A stretch of 63,861 nt of DNA, the filler included, from Octopus bimaculoides (Eukaryota), in assembly GCF_001194135.2 (NCBI RefSeq). It is 5 parts of 5 records of this genome, joined end to end, with 100 filler letters (N's around TTAATTAATTAA, not from the genome) between each part and the next. Parts side by side here need not be neighbours in the genome. Positions count along the whole stretch, not along the records: positions 53,908 to 62,543 come from NC_069004.1; positions 62,644 to 63,861 come from NC_068987.1; 3 more parts are not named here. One strand, 5' to 3'. How positions within the stretch are numbered: the first letter of the stretch is position 1; every line of letters begins with the position of its first letter. The notes under the pieces were generated by a model. It ran no database searches. It had not been told where the DNA came from and saw only the letters and a list, made by a program, of their open reading frames with translations. The position numbers and the translations under genes were made by a program. Below are positions 61,520 through 63,861 of this stretch, piece after piece.

Positions 61520-61619
61520 TTGATATTTATATTTATACCTATTTTTATATTGAAACACGAAACACGATGAAAGGCCTCAAATTGAATGCAACTAATGTCC
61601 AGTTGTTAATCCCTTATAC

Positions 61620-61833
61620 CAGGGGTTTTCAAACTTTTTGACTTGCGGACCCCTTTATATTTCAGGCTTTACCTTATAAACGCTTATGAAATTTATACAT
61701 AAATATTTGCTTAAAATAACATATTTTTGCATTTATTTATTTAACAGTATTTAACAAATAGGTTTATTGTCAATTAAAAGATTTCGATTAAAAAACATAT
61801 AAAATCAAATTGCCCACAGTTTGAAAATCCCTG
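61620..61833. mobile_element. hAT (Charlie/Buster-type) MITE
   Basis: TIR CAGGGGTTTTCAAACT vs CAGGGATTTTCAAACT; perfect 8-bp TSD CCTTATAC (61612-19, 61834-41) with central TA. Confidence 0.92.
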
Positions 61834-62018
61834 CCTTATACAATCTATATGGCCAGGAATTTTGCAGCCGATCTGAACTCACAAGGCATATGAAAGTACA
61901 CAAACAAGATGATGTACAGAACATGCACCTGATTTTAACACATGAAAACGAATGCCACACCTGCAGCAAAAACTGTAAGTCGCTTGGCAACGCTGGTCAT
62001 ATTCGTCTAGCGAATTGA
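61834..62018 (+). pseudogene. Degenerate C2H2 zinc-finger coding relic
   Basis: YNLYGQEFCSRSELTRHMKVH ... ECHTCSKNCKSLGNAGHIR: two decayed C2H2-like units. Confidence 0.45.
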
Positions 62019-62211
62019 CAGCCAACATATGTATGTATGCATGTACGTATAAATGCCATATCATACGAATACACGGCGTAATATCGGGTGTTTTTCACTC
62101 CCTATGCATACTGTCATTGCAAATTTAAGCAGTCCTGTTTTCCGATGAGAGAGAGATATAAAAGAGAGGTTATATGAATATGGGATAAGAACCTATTGTA
62201 CTGGCACAATG

Positions 62212-62430
62212 AGGAACACTCCGTCGGTTACGACGACGAAGATCCCAGCTGATACGATCAACGGAACAGCTTGCTCGTGAAATTAACGTGCAAGTGACTG
62301 AGCAATCCACAGACACGTGTACCCCTAACGTAGTTCTCAGGGAGATACAGCGTGACACAGAGTGTGACAAGGCCGACCCTTTGAAATACAGATACAACTC
62401 ATTTTTGCCAGCTGAGTGGACTGGAACAAT
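62212..62430 (-). mobile_element. SINE: type D core with type C tail
   Basis: Minus: CCAGTCCACTCAGCTGGCAAAAATGAGTTG..TTTCAAAGGGTCGGCCTTGTCACACTCTGTGTCACGCTG..CGTCGTAACCGACGGAGTG. Confidence 0.85.
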
Positions 62431-62799
62431 ACAGCTTTTTTAACCACCGAAAAAATATAAAGTGGAGCCGACACCTCTTGTTATTTGAACTCGGGATGTC
62501 AAATGACCTGAGTTTAATTTAGACATAAATTTTGTGTTCGATGNNNNNNNNNNNNNNNNNNNNNNNNNNNNNNNNNNNNNNNNNNNNTTAATTAATTAAN
62601 NNNNNNNNNNNNNNNNNNNNNNNNNNNNNNNNNNNNNNNNNNNGTGCGGAAACCCGTCGTATATGTGCGTGTGTACGTGCGCGCGCGCGTGCATGCGTGT
62701 GTGTGTGTGCATGCGTGTGTGTGTGTTGCTTTGTGTTTGTGTTTAGCTTTCCACCATTTGACAACCTGTGTTGGTTTAAAGATTCACAAAAAGAAGGCT

Positions 62800-63280
62800 T
62801 CTTTCAGTTTCCGTCTACCAAATCCACTCACAACGCTTTGGTCGGCCCGAAGCTATAGTAGAAGATACTTGCCCAAGTTGTCACGCAGTGGGACTGAGCC
62901 TGGAACCATGTGGTTGAGAAGCAAGCTACTTGCCACACAGCCACTCCTGCGCCTATGACATATATTTCCGTGTTTTTTAAACTTTGTAATGCCTATAAGA
63001 GATACTACCATGGCTAGTTTAAATATTTTGCCTATTTCAATCTAATACTGCAAGTCTGTGTGTCTGTGTTTGTCACTCCAACATCACTTGACAACCGATG
63101 TCAGTGTGTTTACGTCTCCGTAAGCTAGCGGTTCGGCAAAAGAGACCGAAAGAATAAGTACTAGGCTTACAAGGAATAATTCCTGGGGTCGATTTCCTCG
63201 ACTAAAGGCGGTGCTCCAGTATGGGTGCAATCAAATGTGGTTGGTAAGCAAGCTATTTACCACACAGCCACTCCTGGGCC
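62800..63280. mobile_element. Cluster of SINE type A pieces (head minus 62800-62955, tail plus 63055-63232, head tip minus 63235-63280)
   Basis: Matches to the type A head and tail motifs listed above. Confidence 0.85.
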
Positions 63281-63417
63281 TATAACATATATTTCCGTTT
63301 TTTTTTAACATTGTAGTGCCTATAAGAGATACTATCATAGCTAGTTTAAATATTTTGCTTATTTCAATGTAATACTGCTTCTGTCGTCCATAGCGAATAT
63401 GTATAATCTTTATATGC

Positions 63418-63514
<97 letters not shown>

Positions 63515-63774
63515 TAGATAGATACATACATACATACATACATACATACACACACACATACATACATACATACATACATACATACATACATACCTATAGA
63601 GAGTGGGAGGGAGTGGGGAAGGGCGAGAGATATGAATTTCTCAATTCAGTAGTGTGTATACATTTACTTGAATTGTAGCTTTACGGGTGAATCATTCGTT
63701 TCGAATATCATATCTGACCCGCATCGGAAGCAAATACGTTTCTATGGTTACATGTATGTAAGTATGTATGTATG

Positions 63775-63838
<64 letters not shown>

Positions 63839-63861
63839 AATCAATCTATCTATCTACTTAC
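63775..63861. repeat. (TCTA)n microsatellite
   Basis: Direct reading. Confidence 0.95.

Overview
AT-rich, gap-riddled eukaryotic scaffold, very dense in microsatellites. It is almost certainly from an octopus: the tRNA-derived SINEs resemble the Octopus OK/OR types, but the species cannot be confirmed from sequence alone. I found no intact host protein-coding exon; most long ORFs in the track are microsatellite or N-run artefacts. The window is a graveyard of mobile elements: more than 30 SINE copies or fragments in four head types (labelled A-D here), decayed LINEs (CR1-like, RTE, R4/Dong-like, CRE-like), Penelope-like elements, mariner relics, several MITEs with clear TIRs/TSDs, an ISL2EU-like SAP/SWIM element and a Spy/IS4EU-like transposase relic. 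The most interesting observations are: (1) hammerhead ribozymes in Penelope-type repeats, one with an intact core (14665-14774); (2) two complementary halves of one RTE ORF in opposite orientation 12.7 kb apart, suggesting an inversion breakpoint next to a mariner end; (3) a MITE with a palindromic telomeric-repeat centre; (4) a tandemly duplicated CpG-rich cassette ending in a conserved splice donor, possibly alternative first exons; (5) a CR1-like LINE whose 3' end matches the tail of the commonest SINE; (6) several perfect hairpins. TTAATTAATTAA inside N runs is an assembly linker. All alignments were done by eye, and boundaries without TSD/TIR support are approximate.
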